Assembly: GCA_964016885.1 (NCBI GenBank)
Contig: OZ024742.1
Location: 12,152,001-12,216,000, forward strand
Direction of reading: 5' to 3'
DNA: 64,000 nucleotides
From: Eledone cirrhosa
Lineage: Eukaryota
The notes below the pieces were generated by a model. That model was not told where the DNA came from. It saw nothing but the letters and a program-made list of their open reading frames with translations, and made no database searches. The translations under genes and the position numbers were made by a program. Of this stretch, positions 1 through 12,214 are shown one piece after another. Each line of letters opens with the position of its first letter. The first letter of the stretch is position 1.

Positions 1-872
1 TCTACTTTAATTGCCCTTTTCAGGGCGAACCACCACCTGTTGTTGACGCCCGCTGCCGTCAACGCCCGCTTAACTAATACGCTAATCCGGTCTCTGAAGG
101 TTTTGCGCGCCGGGAAAGACACGTTCATCTTCCAGTAACCAGGCCATTGTCTATGAAGTCTGTCTATATCGATCTCACAGATCACAAATTTGTGGTCTGT
201 GTAGTCGACTATTTTAAATTGTGGACAACTTATACTAGCCTTATCTAGTTCTTTGCAGAATACCCTATCGAGATTCGATCTGGATGACCCGATGCGGTTT
301 GTCCATGTCCACATTGGCACATTCGGGTGATCCAGTCGATACCTGTCAGACAGTTCAAAACGTCTGAGCAGGTTGGTGAGGCTCTTGCACCATCCTCCCC
401 TATCTACTAGCCCCACACGATCCCAGCGTGCATCCAAGATACCGTTCCAGTCGCCCACTAACACTAAAGAGTGGGACGTTCCAAGAAAGGTCTCTAGACG
501 TCTGAAGAAATCTGGCCGTCCTGCCCCTGTTGGGGCGTACACGGCTATTAGCCTGAAAGCATTGCATTCGCTGCCGGTCACGTACAGTACCACCGACTTA
601 CCTTCTGGGTCCAGGAAGATGGCCCGTATCGCGAGATCCAAGCCTCTCCGAAAAAGGACGGCAACCCCTCCCCCCGATCCTGGACAGCTGGGAGATGCGT
701 ATACATCGTAGCCGCCGAAGATCGGTGCGAAGGCTTGTGCTTCGGAGATTCTGGTTTCACTGATGGCCACCACATCTATGTTTAGTGACCTGAGGTCATT
801 GAGCAGGTGACCCTGCATCCAAGATGAGCCCAGGCCACGTGCATTTATACTGCCTATTCTGAGTACAGCCAT
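1..872 (-). CDS. Tx1/L1-clade LINE ORF2, N-terminal APE endonuclease (runs off the window edge)
   Basis: Manual translation from ATG at 872 is open to the edge: MAVLRIGSINARGL..DVVAISETR..LIAVYAP..GDWN..WTWTN..SNLDR..TDH..GYWKMN; collinear with ORF 37789-38661. Confidence 0.9.
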   Translation of the reverse strand, partial: MAVLRIGSINARGLGSSWMQGHLLNDLRSLNIDVVAISETRISEAQAFAPIFGGYDVYASPSCPGSGGGVAVLFRRGLDLAIRAIFLDPEGKSVVLYVTGSECNAFRLIAVYAPTGAGRPDFFRRLETFLGTSHSLVLVGDWNGILDARWDRVGLVDRGGWCKSLTNLLRRFELSDRYRLDHPNVPMWTWTNRIGSSRSNLDRVFCKELDKASISCPQFKIVDYTDHKFVICEIDIDRLHRQWPGYWKMNVSFPARKTFRDRISVLVKRALTAAGVNNRWWFALKRAIKV

Positions 873-879
873 GTTGGAT

Positions 880-2480
880 GAGAAACGGGACAAGTGAGAA
901 AGGGTCACCTACCTTGTTCGTGTGGTGAAGGGACAGTAGAACCGTCCCTTTCGCTGGTCATGTGTGTTTCCAAGAGGATGTCAGTGTATATCCTCTTTGT
1001 AACCGACCCTCTGAAGTCTCCAACTGCGTTGTGGAATTTTTGTTTTAAAGGTTTGTACTGTTCTATTGAGATTTCGATGATGCTTATGTTTGTCGGGAGA
1101 GTTCTTGGTGTTGGTGGGGTGTAGCAGTTTCTTTCTGTGATGTCTGTGTGCTGCTTTATATATTGTATGAGTTCTTTTTTGCCATGTTTATGGCTGTGTA
1201 CTTTTTGGCGGGAGGGGTGATTTTGTTGCTGTTTGGTGTGTGTGTCTTGTTGTTTTTGCGTTGTTGGTGTTTATGGTGGTGATGGTGGTGGTGTTGCTGC
1301 AAGTTTCCTTGCTGCCTTTACCCCTCTTTGTATGCCTTCGCTTTTGGAGGGTGAATCTAAGGGTTTTTTTTCTTTTTTTCTTTTTTGTGGCAGACCGTTT
1401 GCCACTTCACTCCCGCCTCAAACTCCATGTCGGATTCTGTGGCGTCTGGGAGGAGTATGTGCTCCACGGCTGTTGCTGGTGGTAGTGGAGCCATCTTCGG
1501 CAATTTTGTTGCTGGTGTAGCTACTTCAAATGGAGCTATTGGTGTTGCCGCTACTGATGATGCTGCTTTAGTTGTCCGTGGACTTGGTACGGGTGCTACG
1601 GACGTTTCCCTCCTACTCACCATGGAAGGGGCTTGTTGGTTTTTTTGTTTCCTGCCCTGCTCTTGGTAGCAGCGGACCAGGTATTGGAAGGAGAGGGGCC
1701 TTCTTCGCTGTCTTCTGACCCTTCGACCCACAGAGATAACATTTTGGCCGTCTTCCTTGTACACTTATAGGGAGTTGGAGTCCTTCCTCGATGTCTATGA
1801 TATCGGGGATAGCCTCGATACATTCCTGGTCAGTTTGTATAAGCATTTGCATGCCTATACCTGACCAATTCTCTCTCCCTATGTTTACTACTGGCAGCAG
1901 GGTCGCCCTGTTCTCGATTCCAGCAAGGACAGACGCGGCCAGCCAAGGTATGGGCACGTCGGGTGGGACCTGGGTCACTTTGACTCTCACAATTTTCTGC
2001 CCGCAGTAGGAGGGCACCAAGACTAACTCCTCACTCTTTAGGGTTTCCAAAGAGTGAGACTTTGCTTCCTGGGGGGTGGCGAAAAGTACGTCTACTGTGG
2101 CGTACTTTCTGCCTCGGGTGATGTGGGTTTTGCATGCCCAGACACACCCCAAGGCCTTTGGGATTTGAGCCTCTGTGGCTCTCTCCACTCGATGTGAGAT
2201 TTTGCTTACGGTGCGGTAAGTCACCGGCCGTAGCTGCTGGTCCTTGAAAAAATCGGGAGGAGGTTCCAGGGAACTCTATTTGCGCTTCTTGTCACCATGG
2301 CCCTTGCGACTGCCATCTCCTCCTCTGTGACTAACACTGTCTCGATATTTCGGGCGACACCTGCAAAAGAAGTGGTCCCTTTTTCAGCAGCACCACTATT
2401 GCTGCCGCTACTGGTCTTACTGGTGGTGCTGAGATCGCTATTACAGGTATCGGTTTCGTTGTTGTTTTCGTTGTTACAGT
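880..2480 (-). pseudogene. Tx1-like LINE ORF1 (gag-like, zinc knuckle), disrupted; 5' end lost at the junction with the Dong-like element
   Basis: ORF 1613-2224 aligns by eye with ORF1 36111-37334 (RGRKYATVDVLF/RGRQYGTISVLF; GRRPKCYLCG/GKRPQCFVCG; KAPLLP); has stops and frameshifts. Confidence 0.8.
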
Positions 2481-5400
2481 TGTTGATTTTTACTTATGTA
2501 AAACAACTGTGATAGAATAATTCTTATTACAAATGAAATATAATATTACAGTTTTGACCCTCAGCAGGCGACAACGCATCAAATTACGGCATAGGGCCCT
2601 AATATTTAATATTTAATTTTGGATCAGAAATGTTATAGTCGAAAAAGAGAAAAATGGCTAAGTTGACAGACAGGCAAATAATTTCACCACCAACACCACC
2701 ACCGCCACCATCACCACTATCACGCCAAAAACTCTAGTCAAGTTACCTCAACTTCTATTTCTACTTCAACCTCAACACCATCACTACAGTACTACGATCA
2801 CATCACCACCACAACCACTGCCTCATTATCGCTACCGCCGCTATTCTCTCCCACTACCTCCTGCTAAGTACTACTAGCACATCACCACCACTGCCTCATT
2901 ATCGCTACCGCCGCTATTCTCTCCCACTACCCCCTGCTAAGACAGGCATCATAGTATTCCTACTAAATGAGGAAGGTATCAAAAGATATAGACAGATTTG
3001 ATGACCCGGTCAAAAAATCAAAAATCAAAAATCAAAATCAAAACAGCACAGCAGCAACGAAAAATGCAAAGAAAAGAAAAAAGAAAAGAAAAACAAACAA
3101 ACAGACAGACAAGCAAAAAAACTAAGTCAAACATTCAAACATTACATTACAATGAAACTTATGCTTATTTTTTTGTGGGGGGGGGTTACCTATTTGTTTG
3201 TTTGTTTGTTTATTTATGTTCGCCTACAGCGTGATGGAGCCACGCTAAAATCACCGAGGGTGATCAAATCACCGGTGGTTATGTAACCATACATTCACCA
3301 ATCCTCGATAAGAGTGTTTCAATGTCGAACCTAAACAGTTCGAATAACGATGAAAGGGAGACTGGAATGTCATGTGAAAGACTCTCACCCAGCAGGTGCT
3401 CCCTGGCCCAGCAGAAGGGACCTGGCTGTCAACCAAATACTGCTGGTGTTGGAGGAAGAAGAAGGAAAGGGACAAGAAACAACTGGACGAAAGAATTGAA
3501 TAGAACTGTTATGCAATGTTACCTGAAGAGTAACCCCAAGGAAAAAGGCTATAGGAAACGGATGCATAATGGCTATAGGAAACGGATCTATTTAAATTAG
3601 ATGAACAAAAATTGGCCGGGCAGACTCGGGTAATAAGAACTAATGGGTGGATAAGAGAGCTGGAACAGGAGGAACTCAGCAGAGAGATTAGATTGGAAAT
3701 GGAGGGTGGAGTAGGCCAGGCAAACGAGCCAGTGGGAGATGAAGGAGAAGAGGTTGAGAGAACGGAGGAAGCATCCGAAGCAGACAATGATCTGAATGCT
3801 GAAATAAATAATTGTTTCTACTTTAGGCACAAGGCCAGCAATTACTCAGTGCATTACTGGTACTTTATTTTATCGACCCCGTAAGGATGAAAGGCAAAGT
3901 CAACCTCGGCGGGATTTGAACTCAGATCGTAAAGGGACGTAACTATGCTGGAAAGCATGGCATCCGACCCTCTACCGATACTGCCAATCCACCGCCCAAT
4001 GCTGAAATAAATAATACCTGGAACAAAGAAACGGCCATTGAGGAAATGAATGTTGACGGGCTAGGACAAGATTTGGTTGATATCCTAAACTTAGTGGTAG
4101 ATGAAATGAACAATGATAGTGGGAAACCTATGAACCTAAGATTTGTAGACAGGAAAAAGTTAAAAGAAACAACAGCTAAGGTAAACAAAGTCATCCCATA
4201 CCTTGAGGCGAGGAACCTTCACCAGTGCAACAATATCCTCAAAGCAACAACAAATGCGTTGAGGAAATTACTTGGCATAAAAGCGAGAGGAAACAACAAA
4301 CAAGAAAGATCAGAACCTTGGTGGAAGAAACGACTTAATGGTCAAAACATGGAAATGATAAATGACATTGGAAAGCTTGAGTCCCTACTGAATGGGACAC
4401 TAAAAAATATAGACACTAAAAATAGACTGGAAATAAAGTACAAAACTAGGTGGAAAAAGCTAAATACTATCATAGAGGAACTGAAGCAACGCATTGTAGC
4501 AAAGAGTGCAAAAATTAGGCGATGCGAGAGCAGAGTCAGTCAGTATAGGCAGAACCGCATGTTTGACAACAACCAGAAGATGTTGTTTGGACAGCTTGAA
4601 GGGAAAGAAAGAGGCAACGACTTGATCCCTGAGGCGGAACAAACTAAGACATTCTGGAGAGGAATATGGGAGCAGGATGTTAAACATAATGACCAGGCAG
4701 TGTAGATTGAGACAGTACAAAAGGAGATTAGTGAACAGGCACACCAACAAACTAATTTGAGTATCACAGTTGAAACTCTTAAGGAGCAGGCTAAAAAACT
4801 AACCAACTGGAAACCACCAGGCCCAGATGGTGTGCATGGATATTGGATTAAAAATGTAACATCCCTCCACCCGAAACTGACAACCATGTTCAATGACTGC
4901 TTGATGTCAGGTGAGGTACCAGAGTGGTTGACAAAAGGTACCACAGTTCTGGTAATGAAAGACCGAATCAAGCGTAATGATTTTACCAACTATAGACCTA
5001 TCACATGTCTGTCCGTAATGTGGAAACTGTTGAATTAGTGTCTGAGGAAATCTACCATCACACAAACAACTTGTTACCGGACGAACAGAAAGGATGCCGA
5101 AAGAATTCCCGTGGTACAAAGGACCAGTTACTTATTGATAAGATGGTAATGAGGAATTGCAAAAGGAGACACACTGGCCTTGCCATGGGATGGATAGACT
5201 ACAAAAAGGCATTTGACATGGTGCCGCATTCTTGGATACCAAAACCCTAGAGATCTTCAAGGTGGCAGATAACATCAGACAGTCGTTGGGCAAAAGTATG
5301 AAGTCCTGGGAAATAGAGTTAACATCAGCTGGAGAATCCTTGGGAGGAGTGAAGATCAAGAGAGGTATCTTCTAGGGAGATAGTCTGTCCCCTCTGTTGT

Positions 5401-7014
5401 TTGTCCATGCCCTGATGCCCCTGACCATTATACTGCGAAAAGTGAGAGCAGGATACAAGTTGGGAAAGGGAGAGCTTACCATCAATCACCTCCTCTTCAT
5501 GGACGATCTTAAGCTCTTCGGGAAGAGTGAGAAGGAGTGGGATGTGCTTGTTGACACTGTCCGTATTTTCAGCAATGATATATGTATGCAATTCGGTATT
5601 AGTAAGTGTGGAGTCCTTGTGTTGAAGAGTGGTAAAATGAGCAGAAGCAACGGAATCCAGGTACCAACAGGTGAGATGATAAAGGAAATTGACACTGAAG
5701 AAGGATACAAGTATTTGGGTGTTCTGGAGGCTGATGACACCAAGAACAAAAAAAAATGAAGGAATTGATAAGATCTGAATACATTCGGAGAGTAAGGAGC
5801 GTATTAAAGTCAAATCTGAACAGTAGGAATGCCATAAGTGCAGTAAATTCCCGAGCTGTGTCTATTATTAGGTACAGTGCGGGAATTCTGAGATGGAATG
5901 TTGCTGAACAAAAAGAAATGCATAGGAAGACTAGGAAGCTATTGACTATCTACAACATGTTCCACAAGAGGAGTTATGTCGATAGGCTCTACTTAAGGAG
6001 ATCTGAAGGTGGAAGAGGTCTTATCAGCATAGAGGATTGTGTTCAGATGGAGAAAAACAACCTACACAAATACGTGATCGATAGTAAGGAGCCAATGCTC
6101 AGATTTGTACTGAAGGAGGGGACAATAGGCCAGGGGATGTCCAAGGAGGAAATAACAACGAGGAGAAAGATCAACCTTCATGAAAAATCCCTTCATAGTA
6201 CCTTCTTTGAGGAAACGGAATTCATAGATCCACAGACATGGAACTGGTTGAGAAGAGGAGACCTTAAAAAGGCTACAGAAGGAATGCTAATGGCTGCGCA
6301 AGAGCAGGCCCTCAAAACGAAGTGGCTGAAACGCCATATTTACAAGGAGGAGGGTAGCCCACTGTGCAGGATCTGTGGAGAGAGAGAGGAGACTGTGGCT
6401 CACATTGTATCCGAGTGTAAACACCTAGCCCAGACTCACTATAAGGGCTGGAGACATGATGTGATGGGCAGCGTGATCCACTGGCATCTATGCAAAGTAA
6501 ACAATTTACCACATTCTGAGAAGTGGTATTAGCATAAGCCAGAGTCGGTGATAAAACATGATCAGGTGAAGGTGCTGTGGGATTTTAGGATACGGACGGA
6601 TAAGAAACTGGAACACAATAGGCCTGACCTGGTGGTTTCGGACAAGGAAAAAAGATCGTGCCTGATTGTAGATGTAGCCTGCTCATTTGACATGACAGTG
6701 CAAGAAAAGGAGAGGGAGAAAATTAACCGATACCAGGACCTAAAGTGGGAGGTAAAAAGGATTTGGAACTGCCATGAAGTCAGAGTCGTCCTGATTGTCA
6801 TAGGTGCACTAGGTACTCTCTCAAAGAGTTTCCATAAATGGTTAAAGAAAATTAGTCCAGCCAGGCTTTTTGGAACACTTCGAAAGGCATGCTTGCTGGG
6901 AATAGAAAGAACCCTCCGATACGTCCTGAATGTCTGAGGCTGCAGGTAGCGGCTTGATATTCATTTCAACAAACTTTCCAGTTAAATAACATCAATGACT
7001 GAGACTCAAAGAAC
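2481..7014 (+). mobile_element. R4/Dong-clade RLE non-LTR retrotransposon, copy A1 (near full length, defective)
   Basis: Broken ORF 3322-6937: [54 protein letters not shown] zinc knuckle, RPDLV..KINRYQDL RLE; followed by (AAT)n. Confidence 0.92.
3813..3997 (-). mobile_element. tRNA-derived SINE (Deu/Nin-domain-like) inserted in Dong copy A1 with an 18-bp TSD
   Basis: A box TGGCAGTATCGG, B box GAGTTCAAATCC, central GCCTTTCATCCTTACGGGGTCGATAAAATAAAGTACCAG; TSD aatgctgaaataaataat at 3795-3812 and 3998-4015; empty site present in copy A2 near 34170-34190. Confidence 0.95.
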
Positions 7015-7201
<187 letters not shown>

Positions 7202-7695
7202 CATATATGGATATATGTTTTAAAATGTAGGGAATGACCGGCGAGCATCATTTCGTCTCCAGATCAAAGTGAAGATAAATGAAAAGTTAGATAAACATTA
7301 CTAAGTAAGGGAGATAAATCCATTTTAGATAAACATCACATCAACTAACAAAGACTCGCAGCAAAGTAGCAAAAATAAACAAATAAAAATAAAAACAGGA
7401 ACAACAATTACAACAACAACAACTGTAAAGCGGAAATGGAAACGAAATTGAAGTCTATAAGAGCTGAAAAGTTTTTTTTTTTTATTCGTAAGCGATCTTT
7501 TATAGCCTTCAGTAAACAGAAGACACAAACAGTGCCGCAGTTTACTTATCGAAAATCAATAAAGATAATGCATTCTGATACCATATTGATAATAAAATAC
7601 GTATAATGCATACATTGATAATACATAAGCTCATACAAGCATACAAACATGCATACATGCATATATATACACGCCTACACAAACTGAGGTTTATA

Positions 7696-7814
<119 letters not shown>

Positions 7815-7933
7815 CAGAAATATGGGTGCGCGCGCGTGTCTGTGTGTGTGCGTGTACATATATATTATATATGTATGTGTGTATGTGTTTATTTTTCTTC
7901 GTACAGTGAAACTATAACTGTCTAAACACGGGA

Positions 7934-8013
7934 ATATATGAGTGTATATCAGTTGGCATATACTGAGGCCTATATACATACACACGTATATGTGTGTGTG
8001 GATGTGTTTAAGA

Positions 8014-8045
<32 letters not shown>

Positions 8046-8140
8046 TTGTACGTCTGTGTGTTTAATTCTTAAACACATCCACACACACATATACGTGTAT
8101 ATGTATATGGGCCTCAGTATATGCCAACTGATATACACTC

Positions 8141-8146
<6 letters not shown>
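7934..8146. repeat. Inverted repeat, about 82-bp arms and 49-bp spacer, within microsatellites
   Basis: 7934-8015 is the near-perfect reverse complement of 8065-8146. Confidence 0.9.
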
Positions 8147-8171
<25 letters not shown>

Positions 8172-8392
8172 AAAAATTCGGGACCCAGACGGCTGAGCTC
8201 TGGCCGTTTCAACAGCTAGATCCGAACTATATATATTCTTTCATCTTCTTCATTTCCAAACCTCATTACTGAAGGTCGGAGACCATAGACAATTGCACTA
8301 TTGCTCTAAACTGACTCGTCTCCCCCATCAAGGCTCTCACTCCACGACCTTTCTTCTCGACCAATGCTTGATGATGTGGGTCTTTAAATGTA

Positions 8393-8447
<55 letters not shown>

Positions 8448-8520
8448 GAGCGGAACAAGCAAACATTAAACAATCTTTTAAATAAATTAAAATACGATTT
8501 AAATGTTCACCTGTTCTAGT

Positions 8521-8600
8521 GCTGTGACCGACGGTTTCGCTAATCAAAAGATTGGAAATTCAGAGAATTTCCAATGGAAAGAATCAGCTCTTCAGACAGC
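8521..8600 (-). ncRNA. Type I hammerhead ribozyme (family A)
   Basis: Reverse complement: gctgt-CTGAAGA-gctgatt..attggaaattc/gaatttccaat..gattagc-GAAA-ccgtcgg-TC-acagc. Confidence 0.85.
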
Positions 8601-8981
8601 TATTTCCATACCACAGGGTACAAAGCCTCGTAGTTAGTAAATATGTCGCTTTCTGCCCGATGCATGAGGTCAGGCCGTTAAAGTGACCCACACATAAATA
8701 GGCCGTAAGAAAAAGCGGGAATTATAAATTATAGACTTGTTGATATTTCATGTTACTAAAAATAGCAGCACGATACAACATTGTTTTTCTCTACATAGAA
8801 GGAGAATACATATAAATGATATAAATATTCCAGTAGATACTAAGTACCCACGGAAATATACATGGTGTCTATAACAGTTGTTGTTCAATGGTACTAATTT
8901 GAGATACAGAACTATAAAAATGACCGGAACAAGCAAACATTAAACAATCGTTTAGGCTTTGTACCCTGTGGTATGGAAATA

Positions 8982-9061
8982 GCTGTCTGAAGAGCTGATT
9001 CTTTCCATTGGAAATTCTCTGAATTTCCAATCTTTTGATAAGCGAAACCGTCGGTCACAGC
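8982..9061 (+). ncRNA. Type I hammerhead ribozyme (family A), predicted cleavage after GUC at 9056
   Basis: Stem I gctgt/acagc; CTGAAGA 8987-8993; long stem II; GAAA 9044-9047; stem III ACC/GGT. Confidence 0.85.
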
Positions 9062-9889
9062 ACTAGAACAGGTGCATATTTAAATCGTATTTTAATTCAT
9101 TTAAAAGATTGTTTAATGTTTGCTTGTTCCTCTCATTTTTATAGTTCTGGTATCTCAAATTAGTACCATTGAACAACAACTGTTATAGACACCATGTATA
9201 TTTCCGTGGGTACTTAGTACCTACTGGATTATTTATATCATTTATATATATGTAGAAATATCCGAGACTCCCAGTAGACAACTGATGAGGAAAACTGCGG
9301 CGATCGTACGTGTGTCTTCTTTCTCTCGACCACTCAGTCTCGAACTTAAGTTCTCTTATCGGGTGGTCTTGGATTTCCTACATATCGTTGCTCGCATATT
9401 GCTCGGTTTGTTGTTGTTTTTCGCTGTTTTGTTATTCTTTCCTCTTTTCTTGCCCTTTGCTTTCCTTCCCCTCTTCCTTCGTTTTCCCAATAACTTATCC
9501 AGTTATTGACACCCTGGGGTGAGGTATCTTGTCTTTAAAGCGTAGAAATATCCAAGACCTCCAGTAGACATCTGATGAGGAAAACTCCACCCTTTTGCTT
9601 TCTTCGTATTAACACTTCATTTTAAGTTACCTTAAATAGCAACTACACAGCCATTTCTATTCTCCATATATATATATATATATATATGAAAGTATAATTC
9701 CCACAAACTAGATAAATATACTACTTGATATATAGTAATTTCTATCATAAGTATTTGTGTTGTGGCGATTAGATATTCATATTTTATATATATATATGAA
9801 GTGTTTCCGTAGGAAAGGTAAAGGAAAAAAGAGTGCTCTATGTAGGCTACAGAGCTTTTTAGCTATGTAATAAACAACATAAGATAATT

Positions 9890-10047
9890 ATTTCATTTAC
9901 CAAAGGTTTCAGGAAGACAGACGAGCCTGACACAGAAGACTGACTTCAGTCGTCAGAATGAAATGTAAATAAATTTCATTCTGACGATCGAAGTCATGCG
10001 TCCGTGTCTGGCTTGTCTGTCTTCGTGAAAGCTTTGGTAAATGAAAT
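9890..10047. ncRNA. Divergent pair of type I hammerheads (family B): 9890-9964 minus, 9973-10047 plus
   Basis: atttcatt-CTGACGA-..gaag..cttc..-GAAA-(c/g)ctttgg-TA-aatgaaat; 8-bp stem I in both arms. Confidence 0.8.
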
Positions 10048-10067
10048 AATTATCTTATGTTCTTTAT

Positions 10068-10129
<62 letters not shown>

Positions 10130-10133
<4 letters not shown>

Positions 10134-10755
10134 GTAAGTATGTATGTATACGTACATACATATATGTATACAGACGTACAGTAGCATGTATATATATACA
10201 TACAGGCACACATACATATATGCACGTATCAGTTTACCGAACATTTATTATAATGGTCGGTTTGTTCGTTTGTAAACAAACAAACAGCCTGAATTACGCC
10301 GTACAGTGTTCAGGCAACCACGTCACCTTTTGTTCAACACTGACACAGGAACGATGTACTATTTTCAAGCTTATTAACTATCGTCAGTACCGTATACCTT
10401 TCTGCCAGATGGTTGAACGTCCGAAAGTATATACTTTCCTTATGAAAATTAACGGCTGAGCAGCCTAATTTGCATATCGAGTGAGTTCAGTCGGCCAGGC
10501 GCACCGAAAACGATAAATGGAATAGAATGTACGGCGTAATTCAGGCTGTTTGTTTGTTTACAAACGAACAAACCGAGCATTATAATAAATGTTCGGTAAA
10601 CTGATACGTGCATATATGTATATGTGCCTGTATGTATATATATACATGCTACTGTACGTCTGTATACATATATGTATGTACGTATACATACATACTTACA
10701 TTTAAGTAAGTGCCGTACTAAGAGTGAGAAATGAAATTTCGTTTCATTCTATTCC

Positions 10756-10760
<5 letters not shown>
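10130..10760. repeat. Inverted repeat with about 175-bp arms (10130-10305, 10528-10703) between (TA)n tracts; probable PLE terminus
   Basis: Arms are near-perfect reverse complements; 10745-10760 also inverts 10514-10529. Confidence 0.8.
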
Positions 10761-10816
<56 letters not shown>

Positions 10817-10904
10817 AGCTGTGATCTCTCAATTCGGAGGAGTAGTGGCTCAACCTGGAGTGACACTCTGATCTCTGAACTAGGCAATCTATCGATTAAC
10901 GTTT

Positions 10905-10948
<44 letters not shown>

Positions 10949-10962
10949 CATATATATATACA

Positions 10963-11068
10963 TAACGGCGATGAATTAGTTTTGCGAGGTTTTTGATATG
11001 AAATCGTTTGTTCTGTTATTAATTCTGGCAATATTATTACACAAATATGACCCTCCCCAAGTATAACA

Positions 11069-11070
<2 letters not shown>
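10963..11070 (+). mobile_element. Short inverted terminal fragment of the PLE family also at 43268-43683 and 58340-58900
   Basis: Shared atgaccctccccaagtataacaata and cggcgatgaatt..tttgcgaggtttttgatatgaaatcgt. Confidence 0.75.
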
Positions 11071-11145
<75 letters not shown>

Positions 11146-12198
11146 CAACACCTAAAAGTGATAGGATACATTGTTTTGACTGTATATAAAAAGAGCAGGG
11201 TATAGGCATAACAATACTAATCTATATGTAGAAGCATTGATTAATGTAACTATTGAGGAACATACAAGTGTATGTATTAATACAACAACAATACTGACAT
11301 TAAGTGATGCACTTCATAGTGTTGTGTTTATAAGGAAGGATATCCAGCGAAGAGGAGAGGCAGGTCAGAAATATGAACAACTGATCTCCAAATAACGTAA
11401 ATAGAAATCTCAGCCTTAGACATTTCTCCTGTCTCTTTAATCTTTTCCAAACCAATCATAATTGTACAGAGAAACATCTACTTACATTTACTCAGCTCCT
11501 TACAATTATATTAATGTATATATATGCATATTACCCACTCTACTATCCTAAGTATCGAGTACTCTGGTGCGCTTTGGTCGACCTGGTTTCTTACCACTCT
11601 TTCATTGTGTTATGTATATATATATTTATATATATTAGAGAGAGAGAGAGAGAATGAAAGATATATAGATATATACATTAGTCCCACTTTTCTATTGTTG
11701 AACAATTAAATATTCAATGAATTTTAATTTCCAAATCGTTTCTCTTAGTCTTCACACAAACTACCATAACCTAAATACTCTAGGGTCCCCAATAATGCGA
11801 GGAGGGGGTAATGGGGGGGGGATATGCGGGGATGGGTTGGAAAATCGGTAATTGTTCAAAGTTGCCTCCGTTGATTTAAAAAAAAAACGAATTAGTCTTT
11901 TAATTTACATATTACAGACACCAACACTTCCTATTTAATTTATAATATATGGGATTTCCAGTATGTTCTTTTTCTGTCATGTTTAATGTTTTAATATATA
12001 AAGAAACATCTCGCTGGAGATAAGATAAGCGAGGGGGGGGGGTCTGCTTTGAACCTACAATACCCCAATTATAATTACAAATCTTTAGAATCAATTTACA
12101 ATTGATTATTTTACTGAGTGCTTAAATAATAATCCGATAAAGATGGGTATAGGAAGGCAACATTGATACTGAACTACAGGATTTCTCAACCAGGGAAA

Positions 12199-12214
12199 CA
12201 GCGCCCCCTAGTGG
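12199..12214 (-). promoter_or_regulatory. CTCF-consensus motif inside a hAT-like TIR relic
   Basis: Reverse complement CCACTAGGGGGCGCTG; preceded by caggatttctcaacc, which resembles hAT termini. Confidence 0.4.

Larger units (their letters stand above)
8443..9250. mobile_element. PLE-type pseudo-LTR cluster (two minus-strand pieces, one plus-strand piece) between (TA)n tracts
   Basis: 8443-8628 and 8811-8950 are reverse complements of parts of 8954-9250; carries HHRs. Confidence 0.8.

Noticed and set aside
3813-3997. tRNA gene
   Set aside because: A/B boxes belong to a multi-copy SINE with a TSD; no cloverleaf.
1-7014. Whole Tx1+Dong unit being a segmental duplicate of 31190-38648
   Set aside because: The Dong parts are near-identical but the two Tx1 elements are clearly divergent, so the head-to-head pairing arose independently.
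8230-8390. Possible LINE 3' end on the minus strand with a GAA-rich tail
   Set aside because: Too short and degenerate to assign.
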